Shown here piece by piece: positions 19,483-20,000 of a stretch of DNA of 20,000 bases (position 1 is the first letter of the stretch; every line of letters begins with the position of its first letter). Under the pieces are notes generated by a model. The model ran no database searches and was not told the DNA's origin. It saw nothing but the letters and a program-made list of their open reading frames with translations. Origin of the DNA: Saprolegnia diclina VS20. Its lineage: Eukaryota. The position numbers were made by a program, and so were the translations under genes. The stretch spans positions 937,657 to 957,656 of the forward strand of contig NW_008246078.1 of assembly GCF_000281045.1 (NCBI RefSeq), given 5' to 3'.

Positions 19483-20000
19483 CTCCATTGTGAACCTAAC
19501 CACATTGCAGTGGCGTCGAGCTACGGTACTCCGTCGAGCCCACGACGCAAAGTGAGCGCACCCCAGATTCTATATTCTCTCAGCAGGTATCAAACAAAGG
19601 TGTTAGCCAGTCCAACAACTTGTACTTGAGCTACGGTAGCTCAAGCAGCCACGGCAAAGGCTCGGATTCGGGCAGGGACTTGGCTCCGAGAGGACTTCAC
19701 CCAGCAGTAGTGCAATGCCTTCCTGGTACTTCAGAGTGGGTACTAGCAGGTTCTGTAGTCATTTTGCATGTTACCTTGTCGCTCCTAGCGCCTCCTCCTA
19801 TGGGTAGCGGTCGATCGAGTCATCTAATGCCATCGTACAAGGTGAACAGCATGAGGTAGGGCGATAGGGTGCTCATACGTATGTGTTGATGGCAGACGCA
19901 CGCAATGCGCAAGACCGACTCCGCAAAGCGTTCAAGGTGATACCCGTACACGTATCGGTAGCAGGTTCAATATGCACTCTCTTTTCCATAACCCAAAGCT

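Noticed and set aside
1..20000. CRISPR array, tRNA/rRNA genes or prokaryotic defence operon
   Set aside because: Intron-containing eukaryotic genes throughout; no repeat-spacer array or recognisable structural RNA.

Overview
Gene-dense, GC-rich eukaryotic DNA with very short GT-AG introns (21 modelled by hand, all 42-59 nt). An oomycete, probably Saprolegnia-like, is my inference from intron size, composition and the transposase family. In order, the window holds: a disrupted minus-strand coiled-coil gene spanning a 907-N gap; an intact intronless BED-finger/hAT-transposase-derived gene that appears to have lost all catalytic residues; a 9-exon EEP-fold neutral sphingomyelinase-like gene; a Lys/Ser-rich small protein; a 2-exon hypothetical gene; the mitochondrial Fe-S scaffold ISU1/IscU; a decayed-looking gap region; a FYVE + 2TM + GLTP fusion; the PHS1/HACD very-long-chain 3-hydroxyacyl-CoA dehydratase; a 465-aa disordered protein ending in a SUMO-like domain with an intact QVGG motif; and an SLC43/FMP42-like MFS transporter. 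The strongest leads are the putative domesticated hAT gene with three ATTGCAAT palindromes upstream, the possibly conjugatable long-tailed SUMO, and the membrane-anchored FYVE-GLTP. All calls come from reading motifs by eye; no database search was run, so novelty is unverified.
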